64,000 bases of DNA from Cystobasidiomycetes sp. EMM_F5 (taxonomy: Eukaryota): NCBI GenBank assembly GCA_051047955.1, contig JBPGPT010000025.1, positions 1-64,000 of the forward strand. The letters are read 5' to 3'. The position numbers and the translations under genes are program-made. Below the pieces are notes generated by a model. The model was not told the DNA's origin, searched no databases, and worked only from the letters and a program-made list of their open reading frames with translations. Shown in pieces: positions 37,689 through 50,749 of this stretch; positions within the stretch are counted from its first letter, which is position 1, and the number at the start of each line of letters is the position of its first letter.

Positions 37689-39485
37689 ATGGCACGCGAT
37701 ATCGACCTCGCAGACCTGTTTGAGGATGACGGGATGGACGAGAAGGCAATGTAAGGCGGGCGAAAGAGGTGCTGCGTAGCGGCTGAAAAACAACATACTG
37801 AACTCTGGATGACTACTGCAAATAAGGGCTAGAGTCGCCAGCCGGTTTGATCCAAAGGACTACGACGACCTCAGCAACCCCAGTATCATGCAGACTTTTT
37901 ACCGCAGACTGTTTCCCGCAAAGCAGCTGTACCTTTGGCTGAACCAGGATCAAGGTGACTAGCGTGTATTGCAGCGCGAAAACGGATGGGGACATGGCCT
38001 GACATGGAGCGGCTACTGACACAGTGCCCACGTCTCAATGGACGCATAGAGAAATTGCATTCACCTTGGCGAATGATGCATATCTAGTGAGTGAATCTAG
38101 TCTTGCGAAAGACAAACGCGTTTCTAACAATCTGCGTCTGCTGTTGATGTCTCCTAGCGATACAACTCCTTCGCTTCACACGTAGACTTTCACAAGGAGG
38201 TTATTCGATTAAATCCAGCGCGTTTCGAAATAGGAGCGGTATACAATGCGCGACCAAAGGACAAGCGTCTGCAACTCAAACAAGCACTCAAGCCCGTACA
38301 ACGCGAACTCGTCTTTGATATAGATATGACAGACTATGACGAAATCCGAACTTGCTGCCAAGGCAAAGGCATCTGCACCCGGTGTTGGAAAGTTATCGCT
38401 TGTGCGGTCAAGGTTTTGAATACAGCGCTGACAGGTGAATGTCCTGGTCGTTGACGTCAATAGTCTCATCTGACTCCAGCGCGTGTCTAGTGGACTTTGG
38501 TTTCAAGCACCTCATGTGGGTGTATTCTGGACGAAGAGGTATCCATTGCTGGATATCGGACACAGCCGCTCTCAATCTTACCGATGAGCAACGTAAAGGA
38601 ATTGTAGGCTATTTAGAAGTCATCAAAGGCGGAGCGTCTCAGCAGAAGAAGGTAGATCTTGTTCGACCATTACATCCTTCCTTGGATCGCTGCGTCGAGA
38701 CTCTCCTACTGCCATTCAACAGCGTCATCCTGATCGATCAGGACTGCTTTCGCTCAGTGACAGGTTGGCAGACTCTGCTCGCTCTCTTGCCGACAAATGA
38801 GCCTGCTCTGGCAAAGTGGTCGGATACCCTAACAAACGAGTGGCGGAATGGGCCAGAATTATCGAGTAGAGAACGATGGCAGATGCTTGCGGATGTGGGC
38901 AGGGAGTTGGTGGAGGGAACAAGCGGCTTAAAGGTCAGCTCCCCCATCATTAAGTGAAAAACCCTCTTCGCGTGCAACTAACAAACTAGACACCTACTTG
39001 CTCAATGCAGTATACTATTGCGAAAGAACGATACACTGCCGCCATCAGTGATATCAAGCTTCAATATCTGTACCCACGTATCGACGCCGAAGTTTCAAAG
39101 CACCAAAACCATCTGCTCAAGTCGCCATTTGTCATTCATCCTGGTACCGGACGGGTTTGCGTACCCGTCGATCCGGAGAGAGTAGACGACTTCGATCCAG
39201 AGGCAGTTCCGACGGTTGGCTTGCTACTCAGAGAGCTTGACAAGGCGGCCGCTCGTCAAGTAAAATCCGAAGATGGCACTGTTCGCGAAACGACCTGGGA
39301 GCATACCAGTCTTAAACCGTATGTCGACATGTTTGAACAGCACATAAATAGTATTCTGCAAGACAGCACGAGAGCTAAACGAGGTGAGAGGCATACATAT
39401 CCAATAAGTGACCGACGACGAAACAAAATTTGACTTGTGTTGATTTGATTTGATAGCGGTGAAAGCAGAGTCTCTGGAATACTAG
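37689..39485 (+). CDS. PRI1: DNA primase small (catalytic) subunit
   Basis: FYRRLFP, REIAFTL, RFEIGAVY, ELVFDIDMTDYD, WVYSGRRGIHCWISD, YPRIDAEVSK..NHLLKSPFVIHPGTGRVCVP. Confidence 0.97.
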
Positions 39486-39913
39486 CTGACTTGTGAACTG
39501 CTGTGATGATTCGGAATTACACTCTGTCTCTGTTGTTGTTGTGACCGAAAGCGAACGTATGACAAATTCTCAGGGAGATGCGAAAGCACAGAGTGCACAG
39601 TCCCCTTGCGTGCAAAATGATGTCGCCTTGTTAGTCTACCTCAAGGGGACCACATATAGTCACTGGCCCATGACAGTCGACTTCAGCGGTCGACACTATA
39701 TCGCGAAGAGATTATCACTTCCCAGTCTCGTTCGGTCTTAAGACAGCATGGACCCAGTCGCGCACCAAACAGCACTTGGCAAATTTTGCGAGTTTTCATA
39801 TTGTTGCAGGCCGCCTCATGGCCGATGTCCAGGATGATACGACTTCGATACTATGGATACAAGCGCGTCGCACTGATTCGGCACTTCTTCGCCCCGTAGA
39901 ATGCGCTCCGCCA

Positions 39914-41017
39914 TCACGGCATTGGGCCCCTTCCCTCTGTTTTGGGATCGCACTTTGGCGGCAGGGGAGCGTGTTCGCTTATGGGAGCATGTATGACTGT
40001 GCCCACTCTATGATACTTGGCGTGGTTGCTAAAGAAGGATCTCCAGCCGTCTAGAGTCTGTTGGCATACCATTTCTTCTCAGCCACACGCCAGTACATGC
40101 CATTGATGGTGATGTACCTGCTGTTCGCTCTCTGTCAGTCCTCTGACATCGTGCGTTAATCCTGTCGAGAAGCATCCGGTGACAAAAGCTCGAGCAGCAT
40201 CCCTTCCAGCAAAGTGATTATAGCTTCCGCCCTGTGAATACGTTGTTGTGTATAGAGGGCGTGTAAGCTATGACATGGATGACTTTAATACTGAAAGGTG
40301 TCCTTTCGCACCTTGCCGTAAGTGTGGGGATTTTTGGAGACATCATAAACAAGACCGTCCAGACCAAGATATATGGGTTTTGTTGGATCGCTTCCGTCAT
40401 AAAGGGCCAGCTCAGCTTCAGAGAACGTTTTCATCTTGTTGATTGGAATTCAATGAGTCTTCAGTCTGTCGTTGTAGGGCATCTACCGGTCTCACCGTGC
40501 GGGGAATCCAGTTGTTTACGTTCGTCCAGCGTCCAGAGTAGCCGAACGTCCAGGACTCTGTAATCATGCGGCTTAGGAGCAAAGTGCCCAACACAAGCAC
40601 CACAGAGTATCGCAGGATGGATCTCGACACGTCGGACGCGCGCTGATACGGCGGCGAGGCAGCTCGCTGTTTGCCTTTGTCCATGGTACCAGCGTTGGAC
40701 TTTGACGATTCTGCAGCCTTCTTGATGTGACTATCACCACTACGCGAATCTTTCCGTGCGTAAATCTCTGCCCAGGTGTGCGCCTTCAAGAATGGTTTGG
40801 TCGCTGCCGTCTTTCGATATCCCTTTCCGTTTCTGACGACGCGCTCAGCTCCAGCTTCAGCGCTCTCTTCGCCGTCGTCCTTGACACTGTCCTCCTTCTT
40901 TTCCGCAGCCTCAGTTGGTCCTTGTCCAGGCTGCGACATTGCTGGCGCAGTCTTTGGTCGCAATTGCTCGTTAGCCGAAGCAGCGGTCGCATCGTCAGCT
41001 GCAACCTCGCCACTCAT
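39914..41017 (-). CDS. Cytochrome b5-like heme/steroid-binding (MAPR family) membrane protein
   Basis: TM helix then [56 protein letters not shown]. Confidence 0.87.
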
Positions 41018-41426
41018 TTATATCGCAATTGCCAATGGAGTCTGATGCGGTTGATAACGTGCAAGAGCTGAGCTCAGAGTATAGACATCCCTACGCCTGA
41101 GTCCCGTGAACGCTCGCTAACTTGGGAGCCTTCGTCCGTGCTCCGTCTGACGCTGTAACCCGTTCGATGTACCCTGTCATCTCAGCAGCTGTTTCGCTGA
41201 ATTGCATACCCGTTATACTCCTGACAATCCCAATCCACGCAGTATATACATACACTCGAGCCGCAAGTATCTAAAGTGTCGCCCTGCAAGCGATACGAGA
41301 AACGGAAGAGCATACGACGGGAGATCTTGCCAACAACGCAAAGCACCAATTTCTACAGCATTGATTACAGAACGGTTCCCTTTACAATCTATAATCACGA
41401 TAATTCGGCCACACTGCACTGAATTT

Positions 41427-42880
41427 TCAAGTCTCATTGAGAATGTGCAGAACCTTTTCGCTAGACCCGGTCGCCGTCCAACTGTGGCTCCAGTATGTTA
41501 TAACGTATGCACCTGCTTCTCGAGCATTCAAATACGTCTTGCAGAGTTCGGGGTGGAATTTCGGATCCGTTGCACTGCAATATGGGTGTTTCCAAGTCTG
41601 GGTCCATGAAAATGGATAGATTACCGTTGAGGGAAGTATAGTGACGTAGAATTTGAGTGAGTTGCTGCCAGTATGAGCCTTCCGTGCGATCTCGACAGCT
41701 TTGTCTAGCAACTCATCCAAGCGTGTGTCGTGCCAGTCTCTGTAGGACAGCTCGGCATCTATCGTGTATACTATTGTCAGCATCTCGAGTGTGCATTTTC
41801 TGCTCTCGCTTCGACTTACTAACGGGATAGACGGGATCGTTCGTGGCTGGCTCACGGGAACTTGCTGCGTATTGCCATGCTCCCACCTGATTGCGTAATG
41901 CGATTGGGCCTGTTAGAACCTCTGCTACAGGGACCTCGGCGTCCGTTTTGCTGGCCTCGTAGTTGTCGAGCAGAACGAGACCTGTCAAGAGGTGAAAGGG
42001 GTGTCCGGGGGCTGATGCAAACCAGGCATTTGGGACTGAATGCTGAAAGCGTCGGTCGTCGCCCATCTGTCCCATGTATGTCCGAAGATGGATAACAGGG
42101 TGTTCGCCATCTGCCGAGAATGACATGGGCTTTGGTTCATGCGCATACTTCTCCCACATGCTGTCCAGTGGCCGTATGCAGTCGACGTCGAGGTCAGCGT
42201 AAACGCTGCAGTGTGTCATCATCAGCGGGAGCAGGCCGGGGGTGCTTCAGCTTCTTTGTCACAGTTTACGCAAAGTCTAATGCCTACCCTCCGAATGTGT
42301 ACAAGTACAGACCACGGACGGCATCTGCTCTCATGATTTCATTTGGTAAAGTGTCGTAAATCTCGAGCAACCACGGAAACTCTTGCTCGACAAGTGCGCG
42401 GTTGTCCTCATTGGTCCAAAGAACCCACTCCCAGTCTGGATGGTGTATCCGCCAGGTGTTGCTCCATTGCTCAAACTTGTGAGGCAGGGTTTGGGATTTC
42501 CAGCTCTGATGAATCAGTTTTGGAATAGTATCGTTTAGTGACTGCCTGGGTCGTGCTAAGAGGTCCCGAGGTCGGAGCGGCCGTGCTGCGGGGACGAGGA
42601 CTGCTACCGTCCCGGCTGCATTGGCGGCTTGCACACCACCTTTCGCCTTGGAAGAGATGGCTGCAACGTTGCCGAATTGCGCAAAGTATACGGCTATGCA
42701 AGCCACGACGGCCAGCGCAATCAGAAACCGTACGCGTATTGACCACTGCCTTGGAGCTGCGAGAAGATTGGCCATGTTTGCCCGGGGTGTCTTTAGTGTC
42801 GAAATGGGCGAGTCTACCGATTTCCGGTGCCGGAGGGACAGCGACGACGACGACAAGCGCCCCGACGATTGACTGTACAT
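41427..42880 (-). CDS. GT32 glycosyltransferase (Sur1/Och1-like DxD family), type II membrane
   Basis: TM FLIALAVVACIAVYFA; IPKLIHQSWK, LWTNEDNR, MRADAVRGLYLYTFGG|VYADLD, PNAWFASAPGHPF, TGPIAL, TYWSHSW. Alternative start at 42775. Confidence 0.9.
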
Positions 42881-43138
42881 GAACCTGTCTGCTGGGCAGT
42901 CGGCCAGCGTACAAGAGGCTTGTCGCAGTGCATCCCAACAAGTCAAACTAACGATCGAGTGCTAACTTAGCCCAGGGCAGTCAACTTTTCCAACCGCCTT
43001 CTTGATTTGGGACAGTTGCGATAAGTGAAGGTATACAGCGACATCGTCTGCAGGAATATCCCATCGCTGCGACGTGCCTGTCAATCGACGTCGTCAAACG
43101 CTGTCAGCGCATGGCCACACTCGCTGTCAGCTGTCACA

Positions 43139-45333
43139 ATGTCGGGTCTTCGCCGACGTTCGACGCGACTGGGCCTGTTTGACGAAGGGCAAGCAACCAT
43201 CGACAGCTCAAGCTCGAGCTCGCACGCAAAGACAGTCACACCGAGTAATGCGCAGCCAACACGGCCCCGCCCTCTCGACAGGAAACCAAGCTACCCGACT
43301 GGAAAGACCAGCAGTACAATATGGTCGCTGCTCTACAGGCTCGGAGCTGCTGTTCGCATGCGGCGGCTGAGTCTGCGGAGACTGACAAGGCTGCTCGTAT
43401 GGGCAATTCTCACCACGGTCATGGTAGTCGCAGCCTACGCTGTCCTTTCCAAACGCGCGGCGAGATCGCTGTCCTCGCAATACAGGAGCACGTCAATAGC
43501 GCAGACAGGCGTGCCGACGCAGTGGCTCAAGAGCTTGTCGCATGGTGAGTGTGGCCTCTGCCCAACGATTAGCATGGCTGATGAGTCTTGCTCGTCTTCA
43601 GCTGCTCTGAAGCGCCACGCCAGAGTCATTTCACGAATGAAGAAGCTATCACCTTCGGAATTCGATCTCGACTTCTGTCCTGGATACGGCCACGATGATC
43701 AGCTCAGCCAAAAGTATGGCAGGTCTGCACTCATCAGGACTCGTGCGCACTCCGGATCTTCAAAGCGAATACACAAATTAATAGCCAAAGCTCTCTCTGG
43801 AGAGCCCATTAGTCAGTTGCGATTCTGTCTAATGCGAGGGTAGATCACACCTTGTGCTGACGCTTGGTCTCATTAACGCTAGCTATATCGGTGCTGGGGG
43901 GTTCTGTTTCCGCATGTCGCGGGGATCCGATGAACCCAGAGTGTTATCCGCATCGCGTATTTAGCTGGTTGATGCACAACTTCCCTAACCAATATCATGA
44001 ACTGACAAACGGAGCCGGTAAGCGCATGACAGTTCTTCTCGGGAATCGGCTAAATCTTGATGAGGCAGAAATGCAAACCGATACCTCGTACTTTGCGTGT
44101 TGTGCGCAATGGCACCTGCCCGAGCTCACAGACCTGGTTATACTGGAGTTCAACAATGAGGACACCGAGTAAATCTGCATATTGGTTGTCTTATCGCCTC
44201 GCCAGATTACTGACGCACTTGATCATTGGCTTTCTGCGAATCGCAGGAACCTGGCTGCTGCTAAAAGCACGGAGATTCTGCTACGAACAATACTACAGCG
44301 ACCGGAAGCTCCAGCTGTACTTGTGCTCAGCACGTTTGCACCTCGAGTCCAGCAAGATTATGGTTATCTGGATGCGGAAGTCGCGCACAACGCCGTGGCC
44401 CGGTTCTATGATGTGCCGCACCTCAGTGTCAAGGGTCTGCTCTATGAAGACTTTCTACACAATTCTAGCAGGGTCATGGATACCCATTTCGTCGACCCCG
44501 TTTTGATGAACGAATCTGGTCACACCGCTTTAGCGGACATCATCATCTCCTACCTGCAAAGTGAAATTTGCTCGTTTATGGAATCTGTCTCTTTGACCCA
44601 GGAGCCAATCACCGCCGATGCCTCCTCATCAGCGAAAGCGGCTCGTCCAATTGCTGTTGCTGATGAAGAAGTCGAGGGGCCCCCGGCTCGTTTCAGAGGT
44701 CAGATATTTCACCTCGACCAGGATCTTGCCGCAGGCTCTGGGTACGACAAAATCAAGCGGAGCGAGAATCTCTGGCGCCGCACAGGTATTCCGCCGTTTC
44801 TCATGAACGACAAGCCACACGAGCTAGCGCGCTTTAGGGATGTCAAACCTTACTGCATCACTGCAAACAACCACCTGACCCCACTTCCACGCAAAGCTTT
44901 TAGAGGATCCGGTTGGTTGCAAAAAGAGGGATCGCGAGGCAACAAGAAGGGAAGCTGGTACTCTACCAAACCCGGCAGTCGTCTACGAATACCCGTCGAA
45001 GTATCCGCTGGAGATATCTTTGTTCAATATTTGCGACCGCCTCTTGGCGAAGGGCACGGTCGCGCTCGATGCTGGGTAGATGACAACGAACGTAACGCAG
45101 TCGAGCTCGTGGCTGGCCCCCCTGACGCTGAGCCCGAAATCAGGTGAGGCAATGCGGATGTATTCAGGCAAGCTACTACTGCTGACTGACTTGTTGGTCG
45201 GCGTGATATACACAGAGTGGTACAAATCGATCTGAATGTCGGTAAAGGTTCTCACTTTGTTATGTGCGAGCTGTTTGGGGAGGATGCTACTGTGAAGCAG
45301 CCGATGAATATATACGGAGTCTTCTGCACTTAG
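43139..45333 (+). CDS. CAP64/CAS3-like capsule-associated SGNH-fold protein 1, type II membrane
   Basis: TM LLVWAILTTVMVVAAYAVL; KYGRSALIRTRAHSGSSKRI; SVLGGSVSAC; HELTNGA..TDTSYF; DLVILEF; ARFYDVPHLS; GRARCWVDDN. Confidence 0.82.
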
Positions 45334-45644
45334 TATGAAGTAATGTGTCGGTTAATTTTGGCCATCAGTCTCATGCAGTGTATAGTCTAGTATCGTCGTT
45401 ACGCATTCGCAATTCCTCCCATAGAAGTACATCAACAAATGGATAAAAGCCGCCGCACGCGAACGGGCTACGGGGCACTGATACAGAATGCCGGCATCCC
45501 AAGGTACTTCTGCCCGAAACTTGAAAGGTTTTGCTTGACACGACCGACGACCAAGCGTGGCCGTGTCATCTAAAGGCCGGTTGTCGTAAATGCCAGATTC
45601 ACAATCTTCAATGCCCAAACCGTTTGATCATCTGCTAGGACCGA

Positions 45645-47226
45645 CTAGCTAGCTATCGGTCGCCTGGGCGTAAACATGGGTCGCCGTTGTACTAGAGACT
45701 TGGTGGCATCTGGCGTCACAGATGGCGTGAATACGACGATGTTCGGACCTTTGCTTCGGGAAGCAGTAGACGTGGCTGCAGTGAGAAGCACCAAATTTGA
45801 CTGAGGAGCGGTGAGCGTCACTTGCACGATTGCTGGTATCCGGGTAGGCGTGAGGAAAGATGGCGCTGACGATATCACTCGCGACGCGCTAGTTGTTGAA
45901 CTGCTGGTGGAGGCTATGCTCAAGGAGGTGACAGCCGTTGCAGTCGATGGGACGAAAATGTCATTCTGTGCGCCATTAGAGAAACCCCAGTCCTCGTTGT
46001 ATAGCGGAGGCCTCTACAGACAGATGCACCACGTTCAGAAACTTCGATTTGCAACGAAACACGGACAAGACCTCGCTTACTGCCCAGTAGCCGTCCCACG
46101 GAATGTTGTAGTCTGAGGTAACCACCGCCTGCCAGACCATGGGCTGCTTCGCTCCTTGGACGCATGCTGAAGAATCGTTGCTGCAGAGCTTAGGAGGGAC
46201 AGATGTGGCCAGTTGTTTCGTGGGATTACCCCCAACTATGTTACAATCAAATCCAACCTGTTTGAAAGCCCGTTCAGCTACTTGCGTGCTTAAGAATCCG
46301 TTGCAAAGTGAGCTTATCTAACCTGATACATTTCTTGCCAGTAGCCTTCCGCAGACAAATTATCGTGATACCACGACCACGTGCAGATACATTTACCTCC
46401 AGGACACGGTGGCATGTCTGCCGGAATCTGATAATCCGTTTCACGGAACCACACGCATGTTCTGTTTGTTGAAAAGACGGTATAGTCGGCGTTACGAGTA
46501 TCTACAGCGTCTGCGTTCTTGTACGTTATGGCAAGTGCGCAGCCAGCTGCGTCGGATATGTTTCCAGCATGCAGCGGTCCATTCGACCATCCGATTGAAG
46601 GATCTCCGTAAGTAGACACGTCCTTTCCGAATGTCGCATCGTATGTAGGATTAAGCCAGCACGGCACATCTTTGTAAGCCGCGAGGCCTTCGGGAAAGTT
46701 TGTATAAATGGTGCCTTCTTTATTGCACGAGTGTTGAAGGGTGAGAGTTTGCCTGGGAGCCATTGATGAGTCAGTATGAGCGCTCTCTACATCGGATGCG
46801 GCTGCACTGAAGCGTGTGCCTCACCCAGCAGTAATCTGCATAACGGTATTAGGCTTGGCGCCTGCGTTGGAAAGATGTCAGCCATTGTTGTTTGGACATT
46901 TCTCGACAACGTCGGATCCCAATTTACGAGCACAGCCATGGAACCACCATTCCTCAAAGTTCAGACCGTCTTTCTGCCTTAATGGCTGAACGATGAGATC
47001 TGTGAGGACGGGTTGATTGTAGTAGCCATCCGGGGAACTGCAATTCGAAGCGTTGAAGCCGTATACGGACGGGTGCCACAGGGCCTAAGCAGCAGCCAAG
47101 GGATATTCCAGAATTCATCGAGCCGTATCAGTACTGTTTCGTGTCTCGTTGACCATCATGTTGACTGACCACATGGGCAGCCACGGAGCGCGCCAAAGTC
47201 GCAAGCACTACGATAGCCTCGAGCAT
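45645..47226 (-). CDS. AA14 lytic polysaccharide monooxygenase with Ser/Thr-rich tail
   Basis: Signal MLEAIVVLATLARSVAA then mature HV|ALWHPSVYGFN; EEWWFHG; CNK; GPLHAG..GCALAITYK; CVW; MPPCPGGKCICTWSWYH; EMYQ. His1, second His and Tyr of the copper site appear present. Confidence 0.88.
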
Positions 47227-47842
47227 TGTAGGAACCATACGAAGCCGAGCAGTTGGTCGCGACAATTGAGTCAATCCTTGTATGCGCAGGTGCGCGTGTC
47301 GAACGGCGTAGGAGAAAGGCGGGCAGCTGAGAGATACCGGGAAAGCGTGGGCCAGCGAGCAGGAATGTGGGTTGTACGGTGCGAGTTCAGGCCACCGTGG
47401 AGATGTTTGTCAGTATGTGGGTTCCGGAAGAGCCACAGCGGCCGCAGGAACCACGGCTGCAAACAATCGCATCGGCCGTCAGTAAATAGCGTGAAAAGAG
47501 TTTGGCCCGAGCTGAGGAATGCGAGGAAAATAAATTCGAGTGATGTTTTATTTGGGCGCGTCGACAAGAGGCTGCAGAGGAGTCAGTGCGAGTGCAGTTG
47601 TATCATATAGGCGTGTATGCTGTCAGTAGTTAGCGATGTCAGTGTCAGAGTGCCATCTTTGCGATAGAATGCGTCCCTGATAATTGTCAAGCTCAAAAGT
47701 CTTCCATCAATAAGAAATACCCAACAACGAAACAGCAGAGGCTGCAGTCGCTCTGCTCGTTCATCGCCCTCGCCAGTCTGTAGCTGCACTTCAGACGGTG
47801 TTGGGCGTCTGCAAAGGTGTCGATAGTCGATAGTCGATAGCC

Positions 47843-49952
47843 ATGCCGCCAAATCCAACGACAACGACAGCCATCCGGCGACGTAGCGTCCAGCCTGACA
47901 AGTCGTACGAGGACGAGCAGCTCGGCAAACCAGCTGCAATCAACCAGAAAGAGCAGCAGCGTCCTATCGAGCGCCATCCCGTATCAGGCAAGAGTGGCAG
48001 CAGCAGCAGCAGGAGCGATAGCCAGGGACCCTCGGTATGGCTTTCAAAGTTCTTTCAGCCCGTGAGATCCAACTGGCGACTGTGGAGCTCGTTGGCTTTC
48101 GTCGCGGCGCTCCTCGTAATTCTGGCACAGGTTGTTGCTCCCGACGATGTCCTCCAGGTCATTTCCACCCTCCCAAAGTCGTTTGCAGGCCGTCAGCACC
48201 CAATACCGCGCAACGCATCATCCTCGACCGCTACAAATTGGTACCATCGCCCTTTCTTAGAGTATCGAGATCCATTCGCAAGGCCCCCAAAGCCACGGAC
48301 GAGCAGGTCGCGGCTCTTGTTTCTGCACGAGGCTGGCGGTAAGCCGTACAACGCTAGAATACTTCAGCGGGTGCTGATGAGTACGTCCCGTTTCTGATCA
48401 GCTTTCAATGAGGCGCTCGACGTCTATAGTAGGTAGTCTATGATTTCCAGCTGTGGACGGAATGTAATGTACTATGCACACAGGAGCCAGTTTGGCACAC
48501 CCGCATATTGCAGGAGAGCTGTGGAGCGCAGGTACGTGTTCTTTTACCAGTCTCATTTGATGCAAGGCCGCATTGAGGTGGCTCACCATCAATCTTGGTT
48601 CTCCAGACTCTGCTGGGTATAACGAAGAACTCGACATCGTGACCAACGTCGAGCGCAAGTGGGGCTGCGGTCATTTCGATGTGGTCTATATGCTCCACTC
48701 CCTCCAGACCCAATCGGAAAACGGCAATGATTGGAGTCAATCGCTCACTCGGCCATTTGGTTGCGGTACGATACTAGCGGCAAAGGTGGGAGATTGCAGC
48801 GCAGATGAATGCATCGGCAATCCATCTCACTGGTATAGAAATGTAACGGCTGTCCGGTATGGTACAGTTCATAATGCGACTACAGCGCCCAGCGAATATG
48901 GCTTAACTAACAAGCATTCAATAGGCACGGACCGGATCTCACACAAGTTTTCCCCTATCACAAGCTCCTCGCACAGCGCAAGACCTTGATCAGCGAGTCA
49001 GACAAGCCTGCTTATCAGCTGTATGCTCAAATAACGGATTCAGCACATGCTGGCGACTATCACCCTCCTGTACGTGCATCGAGCGTAGTGAGCATGCTGT
49101 CGGAGGCTTATAGGTATATGCAGAGTCGGTGGGCAGACAAGACCAATGACGCAACGACATTTGACAGCATTGGCTTCGCGGACACTCGGTATGCGCTGCG
49201 GTAAGCTCAGTGAAGTTTGACGACCTCGGCAACGTTCTGAGTATTTCCGGGTGTGCAGAAATACAATAGCAAACGCGATTGAGAGAAAGAAGACCTTCGT
49301 CAAGTTCTTCAACGTCTCCGATGATCAAGCCGCGGACAACGCGTCGAGCACAGGTCAATCAAGCACAAAGCGAGACTCAGATACTGCGTCGATTTATCGC
49401 AATGCAAAGATTTGTGTTATTGACGGATCAAACGAAAAACGCTTTCTGCGCGCGCATGCGCAAGCAAGTCTTTCTGGGTAAGTCACTTAGTTGTGATTGA
49501 GGTAAGAAAGCAATTGACAAACGACACATTCCGGTAGATGCGTGATTGCTGGTCAAGTGCCCAGTGATCACGGCGGCGGCATGCGAGAGCACATGATTGT
49601 GCTCGACTCAGCTTGGCCAATCGCGGTAAGCCTGGAAGAGATGGTGATCATTCGGTACGCTGACTTCACTGCCTGATATCGCCAGAAAATCAATAAAGTC
49701 CTCAAATCTGCCCTGGCAGATCCCGTTTCGCTGCGAAGAAAGGCTTCCTTCATGTACGCTTACGCTCAACAGCACCTGACCTCGATTCGTGAGCTGGACA
49801 CGCTGCTCGACATTGTGAATCGTTACCGTGCAGGAGAGCGTGGATACATCACGACCGCGGACTTCAATTCCGTATGCCAATCGGTGAGAACGCAGGATGG
49901 GTATCCGAGCGCACAATCGAATTGGTGCTCTGGACAAACCTTTGCGACTTGA
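47843..49952 (+). CDS. Uncharacterized glycosyltransferase-like type II membrane protein, paralog 1
   Basis: TM LAFVAALLVILAQVV; shares LLFL, WGCGHFDV, KVGDC, QITDSA, YALR, KICVIDGS, CVIAG, DPVSLRRKA, RQHLT-like motif, YRAGERGY with paralogs 2 and 3. Confidence 0.7.
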
Positions 49953-50749
49953 CCCCTTCCGACCAACCGATCGAATATCGTTCTGCTGCTCCCGAATATG
50001 CGCAATGCTATTTTGACGTTTTTCGGCTGCATCGCCCCACACGCGCCTCGAACGGGCCGACCAAGCCGGCGTTCCTCAACCGCCCTGCCACGAGAAGGAC
50101 GCGGAAGCAGACATAGCAGAGCGCCGACAGTCCACCACACTCAAAGCAGCTGCACAAGAAATGCCGCGATAACGCTTGCGCGTTTTGCTTCGCATGGTCT
50201 CGGCTTCACACGCCTACCGTCGCTTCTGTTGGTAATTGCTAGTGTAGATCTATCAATGTCAAGCAGGCCTACCTACACTTGACAGCTATGTGCCAGCAAT
50301 ATAATTGCTGGCTGTTCGTACAGCTCAGTATTCCTGTCGATGTCTTGACTGCCGGAGCGCTGGACTACAGGCTTTCTCTCCGACTCTAATATACCTTGAC
50401 TGTGTTCGCTGATGCCAGGGCTACCATTCACGCAACGGACTGCCAGATCATATGCTGACGCATTGAGCAACCGCTTCGTGGAGAATTGAAGTCGCTCCTG
50501 CTGCTCGCAGTAACGGACGCCAAATTGGAGACCTCACGGCAGCTTTGGCGTCGAGGCTGGACGCATAGGTAAGTTTGGATTAGAGACGCGACGTGTGCGA
50601 TTTGTCTATGCCCATTCAGATAGAAAAATCTTCGCCACTGCACCAAGGTGGTATGTAACGCCAATTCGGTCTCAACCTTCGCATATGCTCCGTTTGCATT
50701 TCCGCTAGATGCCGAGCAAAAACAGGTGCACGCGGGACACATGCGCAAG

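Noticed and set aside
45645..45923. 92-aa Ser/Thr-rich ORF as an independent gene
   Set aside because: Best explained as the last exon of the AA14 gene.
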